From Candidatus Iainarchaeum sp. (GTDB taxonomy: Archaea; Iainarchaeota; Iainarchaeia; Iainarchaeales; 0-14-0-20-30-16), in the NCBI GenBank assembly GCA_028710695.1, contig JAQTTP010000010.1:1-26241 (forward strand): 26,241 nucleotides of DNA, read 5' to 3'. The notes beneath the pieces were generated by a model, which saw nothing but the letters and a program-made list of their open reading frames with translations, searched no databases and had not been told where the DNA came from. Each line of letters starts with the position of its first letter. Position 1 is the stretch's first letter. Made by a program: the position numbers and the translations under genes. Positions 16,975-24,157 of this stretch are shown here, in pieces.

Positions 16975-18282
16975 TTATACTCTTTTTAATTCAAATTTAT
17001 GTTCTTTTCTTACTTCTGGAACATAATCTTTTTTCATTTCTTTGTGCATAGAAGCCCACACGGGCTCTCTTAAAGAATGTACAATTCCATCTACTATTCT
17101 ATTTGTTCGTGTCACATGATCGCGATACTCAGGTGATACCCAGCCATCATGAAAAGTATCATAAAAATTTGTAGCATTAAGTAAGGTAAGAAGTTTTTTC
17201 CTATTTGCTATTCCGCCAGGATTATTCTGATATTCAAAAAAATAATTCATTATTTTTCTCCTTACTCCAATTATAGTTAACTGATCAAGGTTATGCCTTT
17301 CACTTAAACCGATTCCATTTTCGCCTTTTAGGATGTCCATTGCAATACCTAAAAACAATTTTTTATTACCAACATCATTATCTTCTTTTATCTTTGATTC
17401 CAAAAACCTATTAAAAAAAACCATTACTCTGTCTCCACGCGGATAAGATCCAGAACTTTCGTTTGCTCTTTCCTTTTTTACGTCCTCAGACACTGGATCT
17501 TTTTTTTGCTTTGTTTTACCTGCAAGATGGCGTTCTTTTTCTCTTTTTGTCCATCTTGGATTAGTATCTAGCCAAGCATCATATCTTTTTATGCAACCTT
17601 CGAGGCCAATACTTTCCATTAAATAGGCCGGAAAAACAACTCTAAATAATAGTCTTGCCGTTTTTTCATTTTTTATTATTTCCCCCCATTCTCTTTCTGC
17701 TTTTAATAAGTCATTGTGATTTGTTTCAATAATAAGTTTAAGCATATTAAATGTGTGCTTACTGATGTAAGTACCATAACTTACTTTTGCCGAGTCGTCA
17801 CCCCTACCCTTTAATACTCTTCTTCCTCTTTCTGCAGAAGATAGTTTTTTTACTCCCTCCCCCCTTAACCTTCGCCTAAGACTCGCTAGGTCAATTCCTA
17901 TTTTTTTTGCTGTCTGTTGATAAGAAATGCCTGGATTTTCAGCCATAAATAGCTTTGCTTGTGCATAAAGCCTATCTGTTTTAAAAGTTCTATTTTGTTC
18001 AACATAGTTTTTTGCAAGTGCAAGGGGGCTTTCCCCTGTTCTTAATTGTTCCCTAGGAAAGATGTATCTAATCAAAGCCATTATTGCTTCGGGAGTGATT
18101 TTCCCTTCTTTTCTTAGCACCAGTTTCTGAACAATTGGTGCTGCAACAAAATCAGGGCCTTTTGTTCTCACTGCTTCTTCAACAAGAATCGCCAACGCCA
18201 TTACATCATCTGGAGTAATTTTTCTTCCTTTTTGATTTTTTATTCGAACAAGTTCTCGGGATTCTACTGCCATAAAAATCAT
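16975..18282 (-). CDS. Hypothetical protein with duplicated N-terminal motif and HTH-like segment
   Basis: 435-aa ORF; RKITPDDVMALAILVEEAVR and GKITPEAIMALIRYIFPREQ repeat; PGISYQQTAKKIGIDLASLRRRLRG resembles an HTH. ATG 18273 is an alternative start. Confidence 0.8.
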   Translation of the reverse strand: MIFMAVESRELVRIKNQKGRKITPDDVMALAILVEEAVRTKGPDFVAAPIVQKLVLRKEGKITPEAIMALIRYIFPREQLRTGESPLALAKNYVEQNRTFKTDRLYAQAKLFMAENPGISYQQTAKKIGIDLASLRRRLRGEGVKKLSSAERGRRVLKGRGDDSAKVSYGTYISKHTFNMLKLIIETNHNDLLKAEREWGEIIKNEKTARLLFRVVFPAYLMESIGLEGCIKRYDAWLDTNPRWTKREKERHLAGKTKQKKDPVSEDVKKERANESSGSYPRGDRVMVFFNRFLESKIKEDNDVGNKKLFLGIAMDILKGENGIGLSERHNLDQLTIIGVRRKIMNYFFEYQNNPGGIANRKKLLTLLNATNFYDTFHDGWVSPEYRDHVTRTNRIVDGIVHSLREPVWASMHKEMKKDYVPEVRKEHKFELKRV

Positions 18283-18320
18283 CTTTACTTTGGCCTTATA
18301 TGTATTTATAATAACTTAAC

Positions 18321-18332
18321 AAGATATATATT
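18321..18332 (+). promoter_or_regulatory. TATA box for the 18355 nuclease gene
   Basis: AGATATATATTC centred about 28 nt upstream of ATG 18355; consistent with a leaderless transcript. Confidence 0.5.
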
Positions 18333-18354
18333 CTTTTTTACCCTAATTATAGCT

Positions 18355-19539
18355 ATGACAATGTACTACTACTCAAAGATTAACTCTTTCATATCTTGCC
18401 CACTTAAATTCAAATTCTCTTATATTGATAAAGAAGAAAAGGACTTTGAGACATCTATTGAAAGTCATCTAGGAACTACTGTGCACCACACTCTTGAAAA
18501 ACTTTACAAAGATCTACAGCATGGAAAATTAAACACAAAAAAAGAACTTTTAGATTTTTACAATAAAGAATGGCACAAAGAATTCAAACAGAAAACAAAG
18601 ATAGTTAGAGAGGAATACTCCGAAAAAGAAACTTTGAGTCGAGGAAAAGAGCACATCTCAGACTATTATGACAAATATTCTCCTTTTGACCAAGACTACA
18701 CTGTTGGACTAGAGCAACAGGTTTATTTGAAGCTTGGGGGAGATAAATATACTCTTACTGGGTACATTGACCGACTTGCCCTAAAAAAAGACGGAACTTA
18801 TGTAATTCACGATTATAAAACCTCCGGAACTCTGCCCACAAACGAATACATAGATGAGGACAAACAGCTTGCCCTTTACTCAATAGCAGTAAAAGAAAAA
18901 TACCCAGATGCAAAAAAGATTGAACTTGTATGGCATTATCTTGGTTTTGGGAAGGAAATAAGGATTACAAAATCTGATGAAAAGCTTGAAGAAATAAAGA
19001 CAAGCATTATGGCTTGGATCGATAAAATCGAAGAAGAGAAGGAGTTTAACCCAAAAGAATCTGCCCTCTGTGATTGGTGTGAATTTGCATCTAAATGCCC
19101 AAAAAGAAGGCATCTAGTAGAAACCAAACAGATGAGTTTAGAGAGATTCTCTGCTGATCACGGGGTAAAGCTTGTAGATAAATATACTGAATTAGCAATA
19201 CTAAAAAGCCACATATCCGGACAACTTAAAGAAGTAGAGGAAGATATTGAAAAATACGCAGAACACGAGAAACTTGACAACCTCCAAGGCACAAATGCGC
19301 TTATAAAGATCTTAAAAGAAGAAGGAATAAGGCTACCTTCAAAGACAAGCAAGGAATATAAGGAAATAAAGGATATGCTAATACAATCAGGGTTCTCGGA
19401 ACTATTGGATATAAACCAGTATTATATAGACAAACGCCTAGATTCCATACCCGAACCACTTAAATCAATGATCCAAAAGGCGATCACAAAAAGAGAGACA
19501 ACAAAGCTTAAACTTGTTTCAGATTCATTTATTGAGTGA
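18355..19539 (+). CDS. Standalone PD-(D/E)XK (RecB/Cas4-like) nuclease with putative Fe-S Cys cluster
   Basis: SKINSFISCPLKFKF, HLGTTVHHTLEKLY, LTGYIDRLALKKDGTYVIHDYKTSG, DKQLALYSIAV, LCDWCEFASKCPKR. Start at ATG 18355; the track start 18232 lies upstream of the TATA box. Confidence 0.87.
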   Translation: MTMYYYSKINSFISCPLKFKFSYIDKEEKDFETSIESHLGTTVHHTLEKLYKDLQHGKLNTKKELLDFYNKEWHKEFKQKTKIVREEYSEKETLSRGKEHISDYYDKYSPFDQDYTVGLEQQVYLKLGGDKYTLTGYIDRLALKKDGTYVIHDYKTSGTLPTNEYIDEDKQLALYSIAVKEKYPDAKKIELVWHYLGFGKEIRITKSDEKLEEIKTSIMAWIDKIEEEKEFNPKESALCDWCEFASKCPKRRHLVETKQMSLERFSADHGVKLVDKYTELAILKSHISGQLKEVEEDIEKYAEHEKLDNLQGTNALIKILKEEGIRLPSKTSKEYKEIKDMLIQSGFSELLDINQYYIDKRLDSIPEPLKSMIQKAITKRETTKLKLVSDSFIE

Positions 19540-19548
19540 ATAAATACA

Positions 19549-19556
19549 TTTATATA
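19549..19556 (+). promoter_or_regulatory. Consensus archaeal TATA box for the secreted-protein cassette
   Basis: TTTATATA, centre 27 nt upstream of ATG 19579; leaderless first gene. Confidence 0.65.
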
Positions 19557-19578
19557 CTTATTTAAGTCAGTATATTAT

Positions 19579-20217
19579 ATGATGAAATATATGGGATATA
19601 TTTTTGGATTGTTGTTAATTTTTGTATTGTTTAGCGGAATGGTGTTTGCTTTAGATCCTTTTGCGTTCAAAAACAAAATTGCACAAGACACTTTTGATAA
19701 AAAATTTAAAAATATAAATATTACTAGTTCGTATTATGTTAAACTATCTGGAACAGAAATAGGCATGGCTGGCACAGGATATAAAGCAGTTTTAAAAAGC
19801 GGTGGGGTATTATATTTAAGTTCACTAACTTGGCATATATTTTCTGACAAGTTCGTAGTAAACCTATTTATGCCAAACAAATGTTATGAAGATTTAGATG
19901 ATGCTGATTGTGGGCAGACTTTAGGAAAGCAAATTGAACTTAGTTTATATGGTAAAGAAATAGTTAATACTGAATATGGAAAAATCGAAGTAAACCTTGT
20001 ACAGTTCGGGCTGGATTATACAAAAGATTTGAAAAAATGTGACAAATATGACTCTGTATTACAAGGAGTTTATAGTAATTATGATGGTTATGTTAGCCAA
20101 ACAAGCACAGACAACATATGCAGTGCTTTATTGTCAGGAAATTTTAAACAAGGAAAATCAATACTTTACAACAAAGACACAGTTTATGTGGTTTTAAAAA
20201 TAACGGAGTTAAATTGA
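19579..20217 (+). CDS. Secreted protein, paralogue A
   Basis: Signal peptide MGYIFGLLLIFVLFSGMVFA; shares SYYVKLSG, GxKxxLKxG and LKITELN-COOH with the next ORF. Confidence 0.78.
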   Translation: MMKYMGYIFGLLLIFVLFSGMVFALDPFAFKNKIAQDTFDKKFKNINITSSYYVKLSGTEIGMAGTGYKAVLKSGGVLYLSSLTWHIFSDKFVVNLFMPNKCYEDLDDADCGQTLGKQIELSLYGKEIVNTEYGKIEVNLVQFGLDYTKDLKKCDKYDSVLQGVYSNYDGYVSQTSTDNICSALLSGNFKQGKSILYNKDTVYVVLKITELN

Positions 20218-20235
20218 GGTGATTATGATGAAGAA
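20195..20235 (+). repeat. Gene-junction repeat, copy 1
   Basis: TAAAAATAACGGAGTTAAATTGAGGTGATTATGATGAAGAA; 39/41 identical to copy 2. Confidence 0.95.
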
Positions 20236-20881
20236 GATATTAAGTTTGTTAGTGGTTTTAGTTTTAATGTCTGGGTTGGTGTTTGCTTTTATTCCGATGG
20301 ATAAAACAGTAACTATAAACAAGTTTGGATACAACTACGCAAAAAGTACAAATTCATATTATGTAAAGTTATCTGGAGCAGGTTATGCTACTTGGGGAGA
20401 ATCACCATGGACAGATGGAAATACAACATCCATAAACCCTGGCTTTAAACAAATTCTAAAAGACGGAACTAAATTAGAGTTTAAAAGTGTTGCTTATAAT
20501 TGTACTTCTGTTTTTTCAAAAAAAGATTTTGTAGCATTTTTTGATTTATGTGGAAGCAATATACCAAATTATTGTGTTTCCTATGATTTAGGCTTACAAA
20601 AAGGAGATAGCATAATTATTACAAAAACTAATGGAAAAATGAAATTGACATTAGAATATTTAACAGTACCTTCTACAACAATTTTGACAGAATCATTTTA
20701 CTCAAACGATCTTGTAAATGCATCTTTATGTGACAAAGACGAACCACTACTAGTCGGATCTCCTTTAAACACATACTTAGAGAACATGGACGGTTCACCA
20801 TTTATGCAATTATGGGAAACAGTTTATTTTATTAAACCAAAACAAGCATACGCAATACTAAAAATAACAGAATTAAATTGA
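20225..20881 (+). CDS. Secreted protein, paralogue B
   Basis: Signal peptide KKILSLLVVLVLMSGLVFA; paralogous to 19579..20217; ATG 20225 with GAGGTGAT SD (track start 20219 is GTG inside the SD region). Confidence 0.78.
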   Translation: MMKKILSLLVVLVLMSGLVFAFIPMDKTVTINKFGYNYAKSTNSYYVKLSGAGYATWGESPWTDGNTTSINPGFKQILKDGTKLEFKSVAYNCTSVFSKKDFVAFFDLCGSNIPNYCVSYDLGLQKGDSIIITKTNGKMKLTLEYLTVPSTTILTESFYSNDLVNASLCDKDEPLLVGSPLNTYLENMDGSPFMQLWETVYFIKPKQAYAILKITELN

Positions 20882-20899
20882 GGTGATTATGATGAAGAA
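20859..20899 (+). repeat. Gene-junction repeat, copy 2
   Basis: TAAAAATAACAGAATTAAATTGAGGTGATTATGATGAAGAA. Confidence 0.95.
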
Positions 20900-21236
20900 T
20901 AAATTTTATTATATATTAGCAGCAATATTGCTGATTTTGGCAGTTGTGCCACTAAGCTTTTCATATGCTTATTACCCAAGCACATATAACTATTACGGAT
21001 ACACTACTACAACATACACATCTAACACATATGTAGCACAAACATACCCAACATACTACTACCCCGCATATTATGTTCCAGCAACTTACTATGTTCCAGT
21101 AGTTAACTACTCCCCAGTTTACACATTCCCATATAGTTATTATGTAAACGGAGTTCCAACAACCTATGCATACGGAACCTATGGCTATCCAGCATATAAC
21201 TATGCTTATGGCTATACAACATATTATGTTAGTTAG
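20889..21236 (+). CDS. Tyrosine-rich low-complexity secreted protein
   Basis: Signal peptide, then about 90 residues containing 32 Tyr; same GAGGTGAT SD as the previous gene. Confidence 0.75.
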   Translation: MMKNKFYYILAAILLILAVVPLSFSYAYYPSTYNYYGYTTTTYTSNTYVAQTYPTYYYPAYYVPATYYVPVVNYSPVYTFPYSYYVNGVPTTYAYGTYGYPAYNYAYGYTTYYVS

Positions 21237-21242
21237 AAATAG

Positions 21243-21518
21243 CTAACTTTTTTCTTCTTTTTTTGGTTTTTTATATCTATATCCTTCATAGTACTTTCCA
21301 TCTATACATATACGGATCTTTTTACCCAAAAAGTATAATCTAAAGAAATTCCAAAGCCCCATCCACGGCGGCAGGTTATCATATTTTCCTTGTTCCCATT
21401 CAGAATTCCACCAGCAAGTACCATTGTGATACATATCTCTTGTATGCCTTTTCTCATAAGGGCAATGAGGACAAAGGTATTTCAAATGGAACTTCGCCCA
21501 CCATTTCTTTAGAATCAC
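21243..21518 (-). CDS. Small Cys/Trp-rich putative zinc-binding protein
   Basis: YLCPHCPYEKRHTRDMYHNGTCWW; GTG start preceded by GGTG. Confidence 0.6.
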   Translation of the reverse strand: MILKKWWAKFHLKYLCPHCPYEKRHTRDMYHNGTCWWNSEWEQGKYDNLPPWMGLWNFFRLYFLGKKIRICIDGKYYEGYRYKKPKKEEKS

Positions 21519-21536
21519 TTGAAAGCACCGTCCTGA

Positions 21537-21734
21537 TTAGATCATTTTCTTCGCCATTTTCTTTGCTTTTCGAAGGCAATTCTTATGCCAATACTGGCCC
21601 ATCCATTTAGTCTCTGGATTTCCCTGGTTACACAAAGCACATACTTCTAAATCCTTCTGCTGCGGCTTCTTCTGCTCTTCTTGATTATTATCCACAGTTG
21701 GAATTAGCTTCTTAAAAAATCCTTTTACATCCAT
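21537..21734 (-). CDS. Small zinc-ribbon-like protein
   Basis: CALCNQGNPETKWMGQYWHKNC followed by a basic tail. Confidence 0.65.
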   Translation of the reverse strand: MDVKGFFKKLIPTVDNNQEEQKKPQQKDLEVCALCNQGNPETKWMGQYWHKNCLRKAKKMAKKMI

Positions 21735-21795
21735 ATCTTCACATCCATTTTTGTATCTTATTGCCTGACTAGATCAGGTTCTTTGCCCTATTTGA

Positions 21796-23256
21796 TCACT
21801 TATACCAGTTCTCAATCTTTATATTCCCGCCTGTTTCTTGCTTTTCTTCTTTGTCTTCCTTTGGGGGTTTATACTCAAACTTCTTTTCTTTCTGTTCCTT
21901 CTTCTTAAATAGCTTTTTAAAGAAAGACTCTTTTTTCTCTACTACTGCTGGTGCTACAGACACCGGCTTTTCCTTTACTTCAGAAGTCTCTGCAACTGTT
22001 TTTTCTAGTTCAGTAAATCTCTTGTTCCTAATTGGCTCTAGCTCTTCCGGCTCTTTAGATTCAATCTCAAGAATCTTCTTGTTAAGATAAGTCAAAACGT
22101 ATTCTATCTTCTCGTTCTCAGAATCAAAATAACTCTTTGTAATTGCGCCTGCTAAAAACTGTTTTTTCATATCTTTCTGCTTTTTTTTGTAAACATCTCT
22201 TTTTCCAATAAGTTCGTTCAAATCTTCTTTTTTTAACTTCTTTACTAAAAGAATTACGGTCTCTAATAAAAATATAAAAATAAAAAATCCCACAAGTAGG
22301 TAAAACCAAAGCCCTGGTTTAAGACTAAAATCAGTACTAAGCACCCCTTTACTTTTTCCATAAATAAATTCTAAATTATGGTCAAAAGAGATATAGGGAA
22401 ACATAAAATAATTCATAAAATAGTAATCTTTTGCCTTTTTTAGAGTCTCTTCTTTGCCATCAAAAACAAACTTCCCATATTCATTCCCAAACTCTTCGCC
22501 ATTTGCATAAAAAACTTTAAAATCTACGGAAAAAGGGCTATTAACTGTTCCATCTTTTTCAGGGTTTGTTATCTGAATATCTAATTTATCACTAAGCAAG
22601 ACATTATATTGATCAATAAAGGGAATATTTCGCCCGTGATATGTAAACACACCATAAATAAATAAGTCCATACTATTGGCATCTAAAGCAGGAATCTCAA
22701 AGCTTAATTTACATACAAAACCATCACAAGAAAATTGTCCATTTTCTATGCCTGGTTTAAGGACCCACATTTTCAAATTTTTTATATCTTTTTTATATGG
22801 GCTTATAGTATATTCCAAAGAAAGCTTCTGCCCAAAGTTATAAATCTCTTTTATTTTTGGCTTAATCAAATCAATATAATCAGTGATCTCTTCAACATCA
22901 AAGCTAAATTTCTGCTTAGAAAATTCGTAACCCGCTTTTTGTTCAAGGGAAACATCTAACTTGCCACCATAAACAAGATCTGAAGTTATGAAAAGATCAG
23001 GATTTGAAACATAAACATTATCCAATTTGTATAATTCTATTTTTTTATCATCCAAAAAAACCATTATCTTATCAAAGGGGGCCATAACCTGCCCATTTAT
23101 ATCAGAAAAAGACAATCTTAAAGTATTGATCTCTGTGCCTACAAGATAAGGTGCTGTTTCTGGAGCAGTTGTAACAAGCTCCAGGTTCGGAGTAAGGGCA
23201 AGCCCAAATACGGAAGGTAAGAAAAAAAACAGAAATATTAGGATGTATAATTTCAT
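21796..23256 (-). CDS. Secreted/membrane protein with extracellular beta-rich region, one C-terminal TM helix and charged cytoplasmic tail
   Basis: Signal peptide MKLYILIFLFFFLPSVFG; TM FWFYLLVGFFIFIFLLETVILLV-like segment; coiled-coil/charged tail; AAGGAG SD before ATG 23256. Confidence 0.8.
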   Translation of the reverse strand: MKLYILIFLFFFLPSVFGLALTPNLELVTTAPETAPYLVGTEINTLRLSFSDINGQVMAPFDKIMVFLDDKKIELYKLDNVYVSNPDLFITSDLVYGGKLDVSLEQKAGYEFSKQKFSFDVEEITDYIDLIKPKIKEIYNFGQKLSLEYTISPYKKDIKNLKMWVLKPGIENGQFSCDGFVCKLSFEIPALDANSMDLFIYGVFTYHGRNIPFIDQYNVLLSDKLDIQITNPEKDGTVNSPFSVDFKVFYANGEEFGNEYGKFVFDGKEETLKKAKDYYFMNYFMFPYISFDHNLEFIYGKSKGVLSTDFSLKPGLWFYLLVGFFIFIFLLETVILLVKKLKKEDLNELIGKRDVYKKKQKDMKKQFLAGAITKSYFDSENEKIEYVLTYLNKKILEIESKEPEELEPIRNKRFTELEKTVAETSEVKEKPVSVAPAVVEKKESFFKKLFKKKEQKEKKFEYKPPKEDKEEKQETGGNIKIENWYK

Positions 23257-23266
23257 ATTATACTCC

Positions 23267-23578
23267 TTACATCTTCTTTACAAACTCTTCTGCACAACCT
23301 TTACAAACAAAATGTCCTCTGTATAACATACCCTCGTCCTTTTCTTCTTGGCAAAAGGTACATCTTGATGTTTCTGCATCTCTCATTGCCCAGGTTCTTA
23401 GTATATCCCAAGTTAACCAACTAGGAAGAATTAATTCCCTCAAAACAGACTTATCGTTTGCGATTATCTTTTGCTTAAACATTGGAGATATTTTCTTATC
23501 TATACTTTCAAGCCATCTTGCTTTATCTATGTCTCCAGTTCTTTGCATCTTTAAAATCATTGATTCAAATTCATCCAT
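23267..23578 (-). CDS. Small zinc-ribbon-containing protein
   Basis: CTFCQEEKDEGMLYRGHFVCKGCAEEF; ATG 23578 preceded by GGGGGAG. Confidence 0.7.
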   Translation of the reverse strand: MDEFESMILKMQRTGDIDKARWLESIDKKISPMFKQKIIANDKSVLRELILPSWLTWDILRTWAMRDAETSRCTFCQEEKDEGMLYRGHFVCKGCAEEFVKKM

Positions 23579-23622
23579 AAACACTCCCCCATCTCATTTA
23601 GTTTTATATTAAAAGAGCATTA

Positions 23623-23635
23623 TTTTATATAAAGC
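23623..23635 (+). promoter_or_regulatory. TATA box for the 23655 gene
   Basis: ATTTTATATAAAG centred about 26 nt upstream of ATG 23655. Confidence 0.55.
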
Positions 23636-23654
23636 TTTTTACCAATATTATGTT

Positions 23655-24137
23655 ATGGTTCCAGAAACTAGCCTTTTTCTTAAGAAGATATCTCCCAACA
23701 AATATGAGCTCTTGACAAAGGACTTAGATATAGAACAAGGATCTTATTCTATCCAAAACATTGATGGACTTTGGATCATGAAGAAATTAGCCCAAACCAG
23801 CATGTTTAAGAACAGTGAAATCCACACAAAAGGCTTTTTCATTTTTGAAGACAGTAATAGTGCAACAAAATTTGCATACAGCATAAGAGAAGATATTGAA
23901 CAAGAAAAAGTAAAAGGCATTAAAGGGTTTAACAACAGGTTTTATTTCTTTAGTACCACATATTATACGAAGATGAAGGATAAGATAATTCCTTTGTTGA
24001 CAGTTAGCCCACAAACCTTAACTCAACTAGCAGAAGGATTAGAAGTAAATGAGGATATAGTCAAAGGGATCTTAGAGCTTCTTAAAGAGGATGGACTTGT
24101 GTTTGAGAAGAAAAAAGATGTATTCCATAAGATATAG
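23655..24137 (+). CDS. Hypothetical protein with C-terminal winged-helix-like segment, upstream of mcm
   Basis: LLTVSPQTLTQLAEGLEVNEDIVKGILELLKEDGLVFEKK is wHTH-like; 20 bp from the mcm start. Confidence 0.75.
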   Translation: MVPETSLFLKKISPNKYELLTKDLDIEQGSYSIQNIDGLWIMKKLAQTSMFKNSEIHTKGFFIFEDSNSATKFAYSIREDIEQEKVKGIKGFNNRFYFFSTTYYTKMKDKIIPLLTVSPQTLTQLAEGLEVNEDIVKGILELLKEDGLVFEKKKDVFHKI

Positions 24138-24157
24138 GCAATATAAATGGTGAATTT

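Noticed and set aside
16787-17026. 79-aa plus-strand ORF
   Set aside because: Composition rich in Phe/Asn/Cys and overlaps a better TM microprotein frame and the 3' end of 16975..18282.
18355-19539. Calling the nuclease cas4 and predicting a CRISPR locus
   Set aside because: No repeats, cas1/cas2 or effector genes in the window; fold-level similarity alone does not justify the name.
19579-21236. Treating the tandem secreted genes as a CRISPR or toxin immunity array
   Set aside because: Only two junction repeats, both explained by gene ends and SD/start context; proteins have export signals and no toxin or immunity motif.
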